64,000 bases of DNA from positions 47,661,873 through 47,725,872 of the forward strand of contig NC_068994.1 in NCBI RefSeq assembly GCF_001194135.2, read 5' to 3'. Each line of letters opens with the position of its first letter. Position 1 is the stretch's first letter. Both the position numbers and the translations under genes were made by a program. The DNA comes from Octopus bimaculoides (lineage: Eukaryota). The notes under the pieces were generated by a model that did not search any database, had not been told where the DNA came from, and saw only the letters and a list, made by a program, of their open reading frames with translations. Below, piece by piece: positions 1-14,345 of this stretch.

Positions 1-62
1 GTCCCCTATTGAGTTTTCTCACATGCATGTGTGCCACATGCAATATATACATACTAGTGTAT

Positions 63-109
<47 letters not shown>

Positions 110-530
110 AGTGTTAGTATGTGCATATGTGTGTGTGTTTGGGGGAAGGGGTATGTCTTGATAATGTTATTGGTTGGTACATTCCATTACCCATACCAAG
201 AGCTCTTTTCAAGATCACTCTACAGATCTGGCTTGTATTATAAAAAGAATCAAGATAACTTACAATCATGAGGTCATTCTACAACAAGGTCATTTTGTTC
301 ACACACACGTGAAAGCCATTCTCTCAAATGAAGAAGGAATACATGAAAATAAAGAGAGTGAGAGAGAGCGAAAGAGAGAGATGGGTGCCTTATTGTTTTA
401 GCATTGATATATAAGACAGATGATGCATTAGTATGATTTTGCAGTTGACCATAATGTGTAAACTATGCGACACTTAATGTGGATGATGCCATATTGTGAT
501 TCTGCAGTTTTATGCTACATTTTGTTGGTA

Positions 531-735
531 TACTCTTACTCTTTTACTTTTTTCAGTCATTTGACTGCGGCCATGCTGGAGCACCGCCTTTTAGTCGAGA
601 AAATCAACCCCAGGACTTATTCTTTGGATGCCTAGTACTTATTCTATCGGTCTCTTTTGCCGAACCGCTAAGTTATGGGGGACGTAAACGCACCACCATC
701 GGTTGTCAAGCGATGTTAGGGGGACAAACACAGAC
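531..735 (-). mobile_element. SINE family A (3' part), reverse orientation
   Basis: cagtcatttgactgcggccatgctggagcaccgcc...cttattctatcggtctcttttgccgaaccgctaagtta is the reverse complement of the 3' half of the copy at 21201-21590. Confidence 0.75.
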
Positions 736-741
736 ACACAA

Positions 742-784
<43 letters not shown>

Positions 785-874
785 NNNNNNNNNNNNNNNN
801 NNNNNNNNNNNNNNNNNNNAACGCACCACCATCGGTTGTCAAGTGATGTTAGGGGGACAAACACAGACACACAA

Positions 875-922
<48 letters not shown>

Positions 923-2149
923 ATATTAGGGACAAAATCCAAAATTACAGGTAAAAACTCAATTAAAATCAATTTATAAAAAATTAAAATTAAATTGAGC
1001 CTTATAGATAAAATATATATAAAATATATAGTTTTAGGGAAAATAACCAAGTTTCAAGAACTCATCGATGAAAATCCACTATCACATATAGAAAAATTAA
1101 TAATTAAAAGCACAATAAATGAGTATAATATAAAGTAAAGTAAATATCATAAGATGAATATAATATATACATATATACGAATATGTGTTTTATCATGTGG
1201 TCCTCTCCCACTTAGAAATGGTACGATGTGGCCCTCTGTTGAAGAAAAGTTGCCATCCCTGATTTAGAGTATCATCTCTGTTGTTTTAGCTTTTATTTGG
1301 AGCTTTATTCTGCCCAGGTTGACTTCACTGCAGCTCATAGAGTCGACATCACTTTCATATCTACTTTCCTTATTTTTTTGGCATGATTTTTCTGGCTGGA
1401 TGCCAGTCATGTCATTAACCATTTTCAGTAGGGACTGGGCACGTTTTATTGCACCACTAGCACTAGAGAAGTTGTCTACCAGGTCTAAAGTGTCCCCTTT
1501 ACACCATAATAGTGGTTGTATTCTGTCTGTATATCTGTCTATCAATCTATGTCTGATTGTCTGTTTATCTGTCTGTCTGTATGTAAAAATGAAGTGACAG
1601 AGTAATCTCTTTGAAAAGATTAATTTTTATCTGTCCACCAATGACAGTGATGGCGGCAGCGGCGGCGTGGTAGTGGTGGTGGTGGTGGTGATACAAGATT
1701 ATCGATTTTAATGCTAATGATAACTGGTGTGGTTGGTAATAATAACATCGATGATGACGATGATGATGATGATGATAAGGAGCAGGAGAGGGAGAAAAAG
1801 AGCAGTAGTGGTGTAATGGTGATGAAACATGATTTGATTATGATTATGATTAAATATAGTAATTTTGATGACAATGATCATGATTATGATAATGATGATG
1901 ATGGTGCTGATCAGATGACAGCAATGAAGAAGTTCAATAAATGACAGTGAGGATGAGGAAGAGGAGGCAGTGATAGTGGTGTATTTGTCGTTGTTGTCAG
2001 TCTTGATCAATCACATAGATTACTGACACTCCAACTGAGACCATCCTGCTTTTCTTTTTGTACCGCAGCTCCTCTTTTGTTCTATATAGTAAGGTGTGAT
2101 TTCAAGGAGATTTGGTTGCTGTTTCTAGCAAACTTTCTTTTAACTTTTT

Positions 2150-2540
2150 ATTTTCATTATTTTTTACTTGTTTCAATCATTGGACAGTGGCCATGTTGGG
2201 GCACTACCTTGAAGGGTTAAGTTGAACAAATCAATCCTAGTACTTAAGCGTTTTTAAGGTTGGTACTTATTCTATCATAACTGGCAAGGTGAACGGCAGA
2301 CGTAAAAAAGGCAGACCACCCACTTCTTGGCTGAAAGACATCGCAGCCACAGGATTGTCTTTATTCTCAGCTGTCCATGGGGTAGAGGACAGGAGAAGGT
2401 GGCAAGACCACAGCATCGCATAGTGCAACACCTGCCTAGAAGAAGAAGACTTATTCTGTCCCTTTTGGGGAGCCACAAAGTTATGAGGACATAGACAAAC
2501 CAACACTGGTTGTCAAGCAATGGTGTGAGGTACAAAGAAA
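2150..2540 (-). mobile_element. SINE family A copy interrupted by a LINE fragment
   Basis: Same sequence blocks as 531-735, split at acttattctatc. Confidence 0.7.
2277..2448 (+). mobile_element. 5'-truncated RTE-clade LINE 3' end with (AGA)n tail and 12-bp TSD
   Basis: Reads GKVNGRRKKGRPPTSWLKDIAATGLSLFSAVHGVEDRRRWQDHSIA*, matching the RTE/BovB-type C-terminal G-K-x-x-G-x-R-x-x-GRP-x-x-W...DR-x-x-W pattern. Tail agaagaagaag. TSD acttattct[a/g]tc at 2265-2276 and 2449-2460. Confidence 0.8.
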
Positions 2541-2583
2541 AAATGCACATGCATACACACACACACATATAATATATATATAA

Positions 2584-2614
<31 letters not shown>

Positions 2615-4110
2615 NNNNNNNNNNNNNNNNNNNNNNNNNNNNNNNNNNNNNNNNNNNNNNNNNNNNNNNNNNNNNNNNNNNNNNNNNNNNNNNNNNNNNN
2701 NNNNNNNNNNNNNNNNNNNNNNNNNNNNNNNNNNNNNNNNNNNNNNNNNNNNNNNNNNNNNNNNNNNNNNNNNNNNNNNNNNNNNNNNNNNNNNNNNNNN
2801 NNNNNNNNNNNNNNNNNNNNNNNNNNNNNNNNNNNNNNNNNNNNNNNNNNNNNNNNNNNNNNNNNNNNNNNNNNNNNNNNNNNNNNNNNNNNNNNNNNNN
2901 NNNNNNNNNNNNNNNNNNNNNNNNNNNNNNNNNNNNNNNNNNNNNNNNNNNNNNNNNATATATATATATATTTATGTATGTATGTATGTATGTATATATA
3001 CCAAACTCATTCACGAGGCATTGGTCAGTCTGAGGCTGTAGTAAAAGATACTTGCCCAAGGTGCCATGCAGTAGAACTGAACTCAAAACCATGTGGTTGC
3101 AAAGCAAGCTTCTTAACCACACAGCTGAAGAATTCGTCAAAATAGCCTGACTCGTATTAAGCTGGTGTCTGGAACATAAATTAACATGAAAGTTTGATGT
3201 AAGGTTTTATTCAACTTATAACCCCTTAAAACAGGTAATTTGTATCATAAAAGTAGGCGTGCTTACAGTTGGGTTGATATCAAAAGGGTTTAAGAAGTGT
3301 CAGAGATAGTATTATCTGCAGAAGAGTGTGTTGCTAGAATTTGTGTCAAATGGGTTATTACTGCAGAGAAAGAAGAGCGCTTAAGTCACAACTAAACCAT
3401 GAAGTACTCAATGAACCTAGCATTGCAAGCTAAACTAATACTCGTCAGCATTAGACTACTGCTACGGAGAAAATGAGTTGTTTCCTACTCTATGAAACCT
3501 ATTTAGTAACATACTGGATTGGACCATGTCAGAACTATATTTTTTCAGCCACTAATACAATACAGTACCAATGACAGAATGTAAACTCCTAACCTCTTGG
3601 CTTGTTGTCTGCTACCATATCTACTCACCCATCTGTACTGTCATTCTTTCCAAATGTATCTGATCAGAATAAAAAAAAACTATGCTAAATCACAGCTGTT
3701 ATTGCCTCTGGAAGCTTCCATTGCCAGAACTGGAATTCATGCAAATAAAAATACACACACACACGCACATCCTGCAATGAAATGATATCTCTTGCAGCAA
3801 GTGGTTGCAGCAGTAGTGCAATACTGCAACTGTTCTTGGATATCTCCCTTGTGCATTGACATTTTATGTGCTTCTGTTATATATAAATTAATCTAAGAAA
3901 GAGGAAGGTGCAATGCTCATCGTCTCTACAGTCTATCTTAGACTCAGGGATGAAGAATATATTTGGCATAAATTAATGCAGTAAATGTAGTATTTTATAT
4001 TTTGCAGGTTTGTGTGTATATGCATGTGTATATATATATATAGATAGATAATTAGATAGATAGATAGATACATAGATAGATACATAGATTTATATGTATA
4101 TATGTGTGTA

Positions 4111-4169
<59 letters not shown>

Positions 4170-4170
<1 letters not shown>

Positions 4171-4365
4171 AGGGGTGGGGTGCTGAAAAGTTCCTGGCTT
4201 TGAGTAAAAAAAATACAGGAGGATCATTTAATTATTATTTTTTCCAACATATTCCTGTCTCAGATTCACACACTTATTGCACCAGTCCTTCAGTTTTTCT
4301 AAACCCTGTAAAAGAAGTTGGAAGGTTGGGTCTCCAACCAGGCCGTTTACAATACCCTTAAACCC
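4170..4365 (-). mobile_element. Mariner-derived element end (MITE-like)
   Basis: TIR-like ggggtgctgaaaagttcctggc next to (TA)n. Minus strand reads LQGLEKLKDWCNKCVNLRQEYVGK, similar to the mariner transposase C-terminus (G-I-x-KL-x-x-RW-x-KCV-x-x-x-G-x-YVE). Confidence 0.7.
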
Positions 4366-6379
4366 CAGTATTAATTATTTTTTTAAAGNNNNNNNNNNNN
4401 NNNNNNNNNNNNNNNNNNNNNNNNNNNNNNNNNNNNNNNNNNNNNNNNNNNNNNNNNNNNNNNNNNNNNNNNNNNNNNNNNNNNNNNNNNNNNNNNNNNN
4501 NNNNNNNNNNNNNNNNNNNNNNNNNNNNNNNNNNNNNNNNNNNNNNNNNNNNNNNNNNNNNNNNNNNNNNNNNNNNNNNNNNNNNNNNNNNNNNNNNNNN
4601 NNNNNNNNNNNNNNNNNNNNNNNNNNNNNNNNNNNNNNNNNNNNNNNNNNNNNNNNNNNNNNNNNNNNNNNNNNNNNNNNNNNNNNNNNNNNNNNNNNNN
4701 NNNNNNNNNNNNNNNNNNNNNNNNNNNNNNNNNNNNNNNNNNNNNNNNNNNNNNNNNNNNNNNNNNNNNNNNNNNNNNNNNNNNNNNNNNNNNNNNNNNN
4801 NNNNNNTATATATATATATATATATATATATTTATTTATTTAGTTAGTTAGTTAGTTAGTTAATTAGTTAGTTATCATCATCATCATCATCAATTAATGT
4901 CTGGTTTTATATGTTAGCATAGATTGGATGAGAAGTCACAGACCAAGTCAAATTTTATTCAAAGTTGCTTCCCCCTAAGACAGAGACCATCTCTCATTCA
5001 TACATTCCTTTACAGCATGTTTCCTATGGCTGGATGCCCTTCTTATCGCCAACAACTTTACAGTGTATTTATACTTTATTGTGGTCCAGCACTAAAGAGT
5101 TGTCTTGTCCCTTCTGAATCCTCTCTACTGAATCCTCTCTACCCTGTGTGTCTCCTTCCAGTCATTCACCAGCACCAGAAGGTTGTCTTGTCTCTTCTTT
5201 ATCAGATAAAAGAGAGAATGATGAAAGAGAGACAGAGCAAGGGAATTATAGCGATGAAAGTAATGGAGGGGAACCGGGGTGATTGGAGCAAAAGGGTGAC
5301 AGAGGAGAGTATTAAGCGAGAGAAAGTGTGATAGGTTGCTGCATGCGGATTATTGGTAAGGAGATTGAATATAAATAGCATAAGTGATGTGATGAGAAAA
5401 GAGATTGATAAGAAAGACAAAGGCTGACAGAAGAGGAAGTGAGAAAGTATGATTGATGTCAGTGATGAATAGTTAGAATAATGTCAGAGACAGTAATGGA
5501 TAACAGTGAAGGTAAGAGATGATGGTAAGAGAGTATATGTCATGGATGTCAGTAACAAATGATAAGGGATGGAGTAATGGAAGAGAATGTGTGATGGTTT
5601 GCAATAAAGAAGGGATGATGGTAGAGGAGAATTCAGTATAAACAAATCCAATGTGATGTCATCCTGCATTACACAGATGGCAGGACAGGAGACAGATGGT
5701 GCAATAGCAAGGAGGTACATTGATAAGAAGGAGAGTGAGTTATAGATGAGAAAGTAATGAAGAAAAGAGAGGAAAAAATCAGTATATGGAGATATGATGT
5801 GAATATAATGGCTGGGAGTGACTCATATGTAGAAACACATCCCAATCTCCATCACCACTACCATCATCATTTCTGTGTCTGTTTTCCTTGCTTGCAAGTA
5901 CTAGGTGGGTCATCTCTAGCTCAGTTCTTCATCTCAGTTCTTTGTCATCTTTGTATGAGGTTAAACTTCTTAAAATCAGTCTTCTTCACTTTGTCCCATA
6001 TGTTCTTAAGCCTCCTATTTCCTCTGCAGCTTTCATCCACCAAGAGCGCTTGACACTTCTTTTCACAACCAGCTTTCTCCTTACACATCGCATGACTGCA
6101 CCAGTTTAATTTTCTCCGTTACATACATACATCTGATTTATCAAATATCCAGCTTATCTCTTAGCTTATTCGTGCTCCATTGTTCATGGACACAAACACT
6201 ACACATCCAGCAGAAAAATGCTTTTTTTTATTACTTTCTAAATTTCACAAATCCTTCACATCGAAGACCCATATTTTACTATTACACAGCATCAGACTTC
6301 ATATATATCTGCTTCATACAATCTACCCTTTGCTGCCAGCATAGCTACCTGAATTTTTATGCCTTGTTCTTATTCTGGC

Positions 6380-6580
6380 AACTATACTGTTAATTAGGTT
6401 ACCTAAGTAAGACAAGCCGTCAACTACTTTTAGGGAGCCTTTTGAGCATTGGAAGGAATTCATTTCACATATACTCTTACTGTTAACTACTTCAGTGCAT
6501 TTGATACATATGAAGCCTACCTTACCTATCAGCTTACCTGTGATCCTGCTACACATCTTGTGCATCCATAGTTAACAGTA
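6380..6580 (-). mobile_element. Degraded LINE (RTE-like) post-RT fragment
   Basis: ORF 6323..6565 HKMCSRITGKL...FICIKC...LKVVDGLSYLGNLINS..ARIR resembles the WxHxxC...CxxC...LEVVDxFxYLG segment of LINE ORF2. Confidence 0.6.
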
Positions 6581-8122
6581 CATACATTTTATTGTGACAC
6601 CAACACTAGAGTGGTTACTATGACCTCAACAAGACTAAAAGGTCTTCTTGTCCACCCACCCCTGTTTATTGCTCACTCACTAACCACCTTAAAGAGTGTC
6701 CTGGATGGCATCTATATTAGAGAGATAGTCGTGTCCTTTACAAGACTAAAGGATCTTCTCAACTTCATTTGCCAACCACTTTACAGAGTGTCCTGGGCTC
6801 CACCAACACTACAAAGGATGCTATGTCTGTTACAAGTTTAAAAAGGTCTTCTCAACCCCCACTTTACAGAATGCACTGGATGACCAGCCATTTTTCTTTT
6901 TACAGCTATAGAATATCTAGAACTACTTTATCTAATATAAGCATTCTTTTTTAAGACACAAGATGTGGCTGTTATTTCTAGCAGGGCAAAGAAATCACAT
7001 AGGGACTCCTTCATTGGCTTGACCATTGCATGAATTTAAAATTTGTTATTGTTGCTGCTACTTAACTCCAGGTCAGCCCTTATCAAAGGCGTTCTAGTTA
7101 TAGCTATTCTGTTATTCCCTGTGTGATGGTATATCAGAATCACATTATACTCTGTGTCCTTTTCTAAGACAATGGATATGATTTTAAAAACATTTAATTA
7201 CTACTTTTAGCAAGTTAAGCAGCCATTTAGAGAGTCCTTGTGTTTAACAGCTGTTTCTACAAAAGTTGTAAGTACATATATTCTGCATCTGTAATTTAAG
7301 GTTAATTAAAAGATTGGGTGGGATACATATACGAGTGTGAGGTGGTTTATTAACTATCCTAAGGAAGGAGTTGTAATCATAGCTTGTCCAGGCCTTATTG
7401 TATATAGGTAACAGAATTATTGTATTCACATTGAACTTTTGAAGGTCAGTGATTTAGAAGGAAAAGCATATATGAGGAGCCTTCAGAGCTGGGCGAAACA
7501 AGTTGATTTTGTTGTGGAGATGGGGTGTTAGTGATATTTACTCAAGGAATAGACTAGTGAATGGCTATAGAACTTTTGATCCTAGCCGATGCTCTCTCTC
7601 TCTCTCTCTCTCTTTGAGTCTTTTTCCTCTTTTAATAAATAACAATTCAAACAACAGTTGCTATGGCTACCAGACCAGCAATAACAAATAGTGTGGGTGA
7701 AGGAATTGACTGGAGTATAATTGATAATCTCTAGGCATGGATGTGTGTGCGTCTGTGTGTCTGTGCACATGTGTGTGTATGTGTGCATGTGTTTGTGTAT
7801 ATATAAGTGAGTATGTTGTGCATTATGCTTGTATCTGTTGCATATGTATCCTGCCTCTCTGCACATACATGTGCATCTCTGCAACTGTGGGTGTATTCAC
7901 AAATCATGTGTTTGTGTGTGTTTGTATGTGTGTGTATGTCTGTGTTTGTCATGTGGCATTTGTGCATGCTTGTTTTGCTTATGTGCTTGTATACTGTTGT
8001 TGTTGCTTCTGCTGTTGTTGTTATTTTTGTTGTTGAGCCCCAAATCAATCAAACTTGATTATGCAGAATTATAATTAGAGGTATTCTCACTGTAATTCTA
8101 ACAGGTCAAGCAACCATAAGGT

Positions 8123-8327
8123 CAGAAGTTCTCAACCTTTTTAATATTCAGGTCAGTCTCAAAACCTGGATTTTTATCAGGGGAGGGTCACACCAAAAAA
8201 AGTCAAATACAAATCAATAAAAGAAAAATTTATTATATTTATCGAGAGAAGACCATCGAGGGTCACCAGCAAGGTCACCAGCATGCAGGCTGCATGTGGC
8301 CCCAGGAGCTGTAATTGAGAATTGCTG
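8123..8327. mobile_element. hAT (Charlie/MER5-type) MITE remnant
   Basis: Ends cagaagttctcaacc ... aattgagaattgctg are imperfect inverted termini of the cag-N-ggttctcaacc type. Confidence 0.5.
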
Positions 8328-8660
8328 AGTCAGACACTCCCTTGTTGTTTATTACCAAAATCTGACCTGGTCAGTTGACATAGTATTCCAGTGTTTCTGC
8401 TGGAAGTTGATCGTGACTAATCTATTGAATGTCAGTGACCAGGTCACAGTAGACGTATGACGAATGTAATATTAGTATTATATTCTGTCATATATAATAA
8501 TATTGTTTATTACATATAGACGCTTTCTTAATGACACGCACACGCAAACACACACACACACACACACACACATACACACATTTTTCCATTCAGACATACG
8601 CATAAACTTAAGAAATATGCACATTCATGTACACATACATACATACATACATACATACAT

Positions 8661-8691
<31 letters not shown>

Positions 8692-9619
8692 TGCATATGT
8701 ACATACATACATACATACATTTCTACTGAAATACACTCATAAATATACACACAACCAAANNNNNNNNNNNNNNNNNNNNNNNNNNNNNNNNNNNNNNNNN
8801 NNNNNNNNNNNNNNNNNNNNNNNNNNNNNNNNNNNNNNNNNNNNNNNNNNNNNNNNNNNNNNNNNNNNNNNNNNNNNNNNNNNNNNNNNNNNNNNNNNNN
8901 NNNNNNNNNNNNNNNNNNNNNNNNNNNNNNNNNNNNNNNNNNNNNNNNNNNNNNNNNNNNNNNNNNNNNNNNNNNNNNNNNNNNNNNNNNNNNNNNNNNN
9001 NNNNNNNNNNNNNNNNNNNNNNNNNNNNNNNNNNNNNNNNNNNNNNNNNNNNNNNNNNNNNNNNNNNNNNNNNNNNNNNNNNNNNNNNNNNNNNNNNNNN
9101 NNNNNNNNNNNNNNNNNNNNNNNNNNNNNNNNNNNNNNNNNNNNNNNNNNNNNNNNNNNNNNNNNNNNNNNNNNNNNNNNNNNNNNNNNNNNNNNNNNNN
9201 NNNNNNNNNNNNNNNNNNNNNNNNNNNNNNNNNNNNNNNNNNNNNNNNNNNNNNNNNNNNNNNNNNNNNNNNNNNNNNNNNNNNNNNNNNNNNNNNNNNN
9301 NNNNNNNNNNNNNNNNNNNNNNNNNNNNNNNNNNNNNNNNNNNNNAAAACCATCTACACACACACACACACACACACATACCACACTGACAAATTCACCA
9401 ATGACATTCAGCTGATTCTATGTGTCTGCTCCTCTCCTGCCAGTGCCACCACCCTGCATCAAGTTAATCCATCATACCAGGCATTACCTCCCCCAGATCT
9501 CCACGTCTGCCTGCCGCCTCCCTCTCTACTAATAACCCAATCCACTCTGATGACTGGATCCTTCCTCTTCCTCTCCCTCACCTCCGCTCTCCCCTCTTCC
9601 AACTTCTCTCCACCCAACC

Positions 9620-9812
9620 ATCACCCACCCTCATGGACCCAATTCAGGCCACTACCATCATCATCATGGCTACCATCATCATCATGGCTACTATCATCAT
9701 CATGGCTACCACCATCACCACCATCATCATGGCTACCACCATCACCACCATCATCATCATCAACTACTACTACTATTATGACTGCTGCTGCTGCTGCTGC
9801 TGCTGCTGCTTC
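9620..9812. repeat. Triplet-derived 18-bp minisatellite (ggctaccatcatcatcat)n followed by (CTA) and (CTG) runs
   Basis: Read directly from the sequence. Confidence 0.85.
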
Positions 9813-10131
9813 TAGGTCACTTGACCTACAAGAAATAACAGTCACATTTTCCTTAAATCACGTTCGACCATCTTATAAAAAAATATATTTTTAAGACTAC
9901 ATCTGGTAATGGATTAAGGAAATACTCCATGCTGATGAAAAGAAATGGCTGGACAGTCATGGCTGGACAGTCATGGCTGGGTAGTCATAGCTGGAACACT
10001 TTTGATCATAGGTCTGCTCAGTAGGAGCTGACCGGTGGGGCTTAACAACAGCAACAACTACTACTACTACTACTACCACCACCACCACCACCACCACTAC
10101 TACTACTACTACTACCACCACCACCACCACC

Positions 10132-10190
<59 letters not shown>

Positions 10191-12284
10191 NNNNNNNNNN
10201 NNNNNNNNNNNNNNNNNNNNNNNNNNNNNNNNNNNNNNNNNNNNNNNNNNNNNNNNNNNNNNNNNNNNNNNNNNNNNNNNNNNNNNNNNNNNNNNNNNNN
10301 NNNNNNNNNNNNNNNNNNNNNNNNNNNNNNNNNNNNNNNNNNNNNNNNNNNNNNNNNNNNNNNNNNNNNNNNNNNNNNNNNNNNNNNNNNNNNNNNNNNN
10401 NNNNNNNNNNNNNNNNNNNNNNNNNNNNNNNNNNNNNNNNNNNNNNNNNNNNNNNNNNNNNNNNNNNNNNNNNNNNNNNNNNNNNNNNNNNNNNNNNNNN
10501 NNNNNNNNNNNNNNNNNNNNNNNNNNNNNNNNNNNNNNNNNNNNNNNNNNNNNNNNNNNNNNNNNNNNNNNNNNNNNNNNNNNNNNNNNNNNNNNNNNNN
10601 NNNNNNNNNNNNNNNNNNNNNNNNNNNNNNNNNNNNNNNNNNNNNNNNNNNNNNNNNNNNNNNNNNNNNNNNNNNNNNNNNNNNNNNNNNNNNNNNNNNN
10701 NNNNNNNNNNNNNNNNNNNNNNNNNCTGGACAGTCATGGCTGGGTAGTCATAGCTGGAACACTTTTGATCATAGGTCTGCTCAGTAGGAGCTGACCGGTG
10801 GGGCTTAACAACAGCAACAACTACTACTACTACTACTACCACCACCACCACCACCACCACCACCACCACCACCAAACTATCACCACTACTATTACAACTG
10901 CCAGCAATACCACCAACGACTAATGTCAACAGTCTGTGTCTGTGAAAGAGAAAATACAAGAAACTATTGATTTTTGCATGTGATGGAACAGACAGTGTAA
11001 AGTGTATGCGATGGAGACATTGTACACGTGTGTGTGTGTGTGTGTCTCTGTGTGTATATGTGTTTGTGTATTTTTGCATGTGTGGAGGTTGTTCTGGTGT
11101 GAGATGGACGTGAACAAATATGACCACTGCTTGCAACATATGGTATTAGTGCGAGTGGGACCTGGTGTTTGATGTGGAAGGGGAAATCTCCAGGAAACAT
11201 GGAGAGAGAGAGAGGGGGGGAGGAGGGGGGGAGACAGAGATGATTTATACTGCTGATTAAGTGCCATCAGGCACTAGTTGATTCAGACAGCTAAAGTTCC
11301 TGAGAGTCCATCCATTTTGCAAGTGGAGATTGGATTGACATCTGAAGTCTGCTTACATGGGCTGGCTGAATATGTAATTTCAGGCATTGTTTCACTACCA
11401 GATGCCCTTCCTGACACTAACTCTACCTGTTTTTTTTTTGTTTTTTTTTTAGATAAGAGATCACTTATTCCACACAACTTCAAAGGCATGAAATACCCAG
11501 ACAATTTGTTAACTGAAGAAACTGATAATGCCATCACCCCCTCCATCCACACACACAAATATTATATATAAATACATTTTATATACATACATNNNNNNNN
11601 NNNNNNNNNNNNNNNNNNNNNNNNNNNNNNNNNNNNNNNNNNNNNNNNNNNNNNNNNNNNNNNNNNNNNNNNNNNNNNNNNNNNNNNNNNNNNNNNNNNN
11701 NNNNNNNNNNNNNNNNNNNNNNNNNNNNNNNNNNNNNNNNNNNNNNNNNNNNNNNNNNNNNNNNNNNNNNNNNNNNNNNNNNNNNNNNNNNNNNNNNNNN
11801 NNNNNNNNNNNNNNNNNNNNNNNNNNNNNNNNNNNNNNNNNNNNNNNNNNNNNNNNNNNNNNNNNNNNNNNNNNNNNNNNNNNNNNNNNNNNNNNNNNNN
11901 NNNNNNNNNNNNNNNNNNNNNNNNNNNNNNNNNNNNNNNNNNNNNNNNNNNNNNNNNNNNNNNNNNNNNNNNNNNNNNNNNNNNNNNNNNNNNNNNNNNN
12001 NNNNNNNNNNNNNNNNNNNNNNNNNNNNNNNNNNNNNNNNNNNNNNNNNNNNNNNNNNNNNNNNNNNNNNNNNNNNNNNNNNNNNNNNNNNNNNNNNNNN
12101 NNNNNNNNNNNNNNNNNNNNNNNNNNNNNNNNNNNNNNNNNNNNNNNNNNNNNNNNNNNNNNNNNNNNNNNNNNNNNNNNNNNNNNNNNNNNNNNNNNNN
12201 NNNNNNNNNNNNNNNNNNNNNNNNNNNNNNNNNNNNNNNNNNNNNNNNNNNNNNNNNNNNNNNNNNNNNNNNNNNNNNNNNNNN

Positions 12285-12327
<43 letters not shown>

Positions 12328-12360
12328 TATATTACAAACATTAACATATATATATATATA

Positions 12361-12595
12361 GTGCCGCTGGACTGACTCCTGAGCTTGGTTGTTGCCAGTA
12401 CCACCTGACTGGCCCTCGTGCCAGTGGCACATAAAAGCACCCACTACACTCTCGGAGTGGTTGGCATTAGGAAGGGCATCCAGCTGTAGAAACTCTGCCA
12501 GATCAGATTGGAGCCTGGTGCAGCCATCTGGTTCGCCAGTCCTCAGTCAAATCGTCCAACCCATGCTAGCATGGAAAGCAGATGTTAAACGACGA
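12361..12595 (+). mobile_element. Interspersed repeat family C (SINE/LINE-tail-like)
   Basis: ggttggcattaggaagggcatccagctgtagaaactctgcc core. Related copies at about 5020-5060 (-), 11380-11420 (-), 19205-19260 (+) and 48800-48960 (+). Confidence 0.65.
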
Positions 12596-13850
12596 TCAAC
12601 ATGACTATATCAAACAATGTGCCATGACTGGAGCATCGTATGCATTACATATGGTGCCAGAATAGAAGACTAATTCTTATTCCTAATCTACAGATTAGAT
12701 ATGTGTGTGGACAGACATAAACAATAGGCACATCTGGAAAGTACTTTTATTATTGAATACTTTCATATTTTAATACTTAAGGCATTGGTTGGATATATTC
12801 ATTAGTCCCATTGTCTGGCTCTTATAGTTGACCTAATTTCTAGAGATATATTCTATTTCAAAATTTATCCACTTTCAAATATGGATAATGAATCACTAAA
12901 GAATTTTTCTGAGAAGAATTATGAAGTCAAACATTATTAAAAATGGTAAACTAACACCTGAACAGAAACATCTTCAACAGTATAGTGACACAAAATATAA
13001 TTATTAAAACATTTTGAACCACAAGATATAGCAGGAAAAAAAAATGGTTGAGTGGTTGTTTGATAAAATGTTGAACCTGTTGTTTCTCATAATTTTGTTT
13101 TCTGAAGGTAAGGAACAAATGTTTTAAGTAAACACAAGGAATCTGCTGTGCATTGTTTCAGAGTGATAAGGCTCATTGTTGACAGTTTATGTTATTAGTT
13201 TTTTCTGCCTCCCCTGAGTATTTGTGCATGGTGCGTGACTGATGCATACAGATACATAGACACATAGATACACACACACACACATACACATACATATACA
13301 TGTCTTTATAAGAATGTGTGTGCATATACATGTATATATATGTATGTATGCAACACATTTTTTACTTAAGTATGAAACCATAGTTAATTACAGAAGAAGA
13401 TAAGAAATGGAAAAACTCTCAAAGAAATGACTTTGTGAGGTTTTTTTTGTTCACCCCAGAGATATTAGCAAAGTAACTGAAAATATATTGTAGTAGAGAA
13501 TTGATATTATGTCCCAGACACTGCCATTTCATGAGAATCTTACCATTTGTTTATCACACCTAGCACCTAATTTTGCTATATGTATCTGAGTGATTTTTGT
13601 ATGTGTTTGTGTAGTAAGTAAAGAAATTGTTGGTATTTTTACTTGTTTAGTGTTATCTAAAAGAATGCGTTTGGTAAATATTTCTTCAGCTTGTTCTTTT
13701 TTTAATGTTTGTTTTGTTTGTCTCAAAGAAATATAGTATGTGTCTTTCTCTCCCACTCTCTACTCTCTCATTTGATGTGTGTGTGTTAGTGTCTGTTCAC
13801 ATGCATACATATATATACATGCATATACATACACATATACACACATGCAC

Positions 13851-13885
<35 letters not shown>

Positions 13886-13939
13886 CAATCAGACATACAG
13901 ATGTGTGTGTATACTGAAGGGTAATTCCATAGCCTAGGA

Positions 13940-14345
13940 TGATTCTATAAAGATAGCATCAAAGGTTTTGTCTATATATTTTATAAGACAAGTAACTTCT
14001 GTGCAGATAATTTCCACAACATTGCATGTGAATATGGTGGCTGTCTGATCTGGAGAATGTTGTGCTTGGCCAAAAACTGCTGAATGGGCAGGTGTGTTGT
14101 CATGGCAATATTGCCACTCACTGGATACATGCAATTCTGTTTGATAACTTTATGCTACAGACTTGAACATGAAGTAGCATAACCAATGTTTTCCATTCAG
14201 ATGGTGATGCATATAGGCAAGTATTATAGACTGTGCACAGAACCTGCCCCCTATGCACTACAGAAAAATTCAGCATAATCACTGAAACCTCAGTCTCACT
14301 AAACAAGAAAACCGAACTCATATCATGTTGCAGACACCAAAATAA
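13940..14345 (-). mobile_element. Degraded mariner transposase fragment
   Basis: Minus-strand ORF 13934..14134 has WQYCHDNTPAHSAV (mariner W-x-x-H-H-DNAPAH-x-A, second catalytic Asp) followed by a frameshifted HSPD (YSPDLAP-like) and VVEII. Confidence 0.65.
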
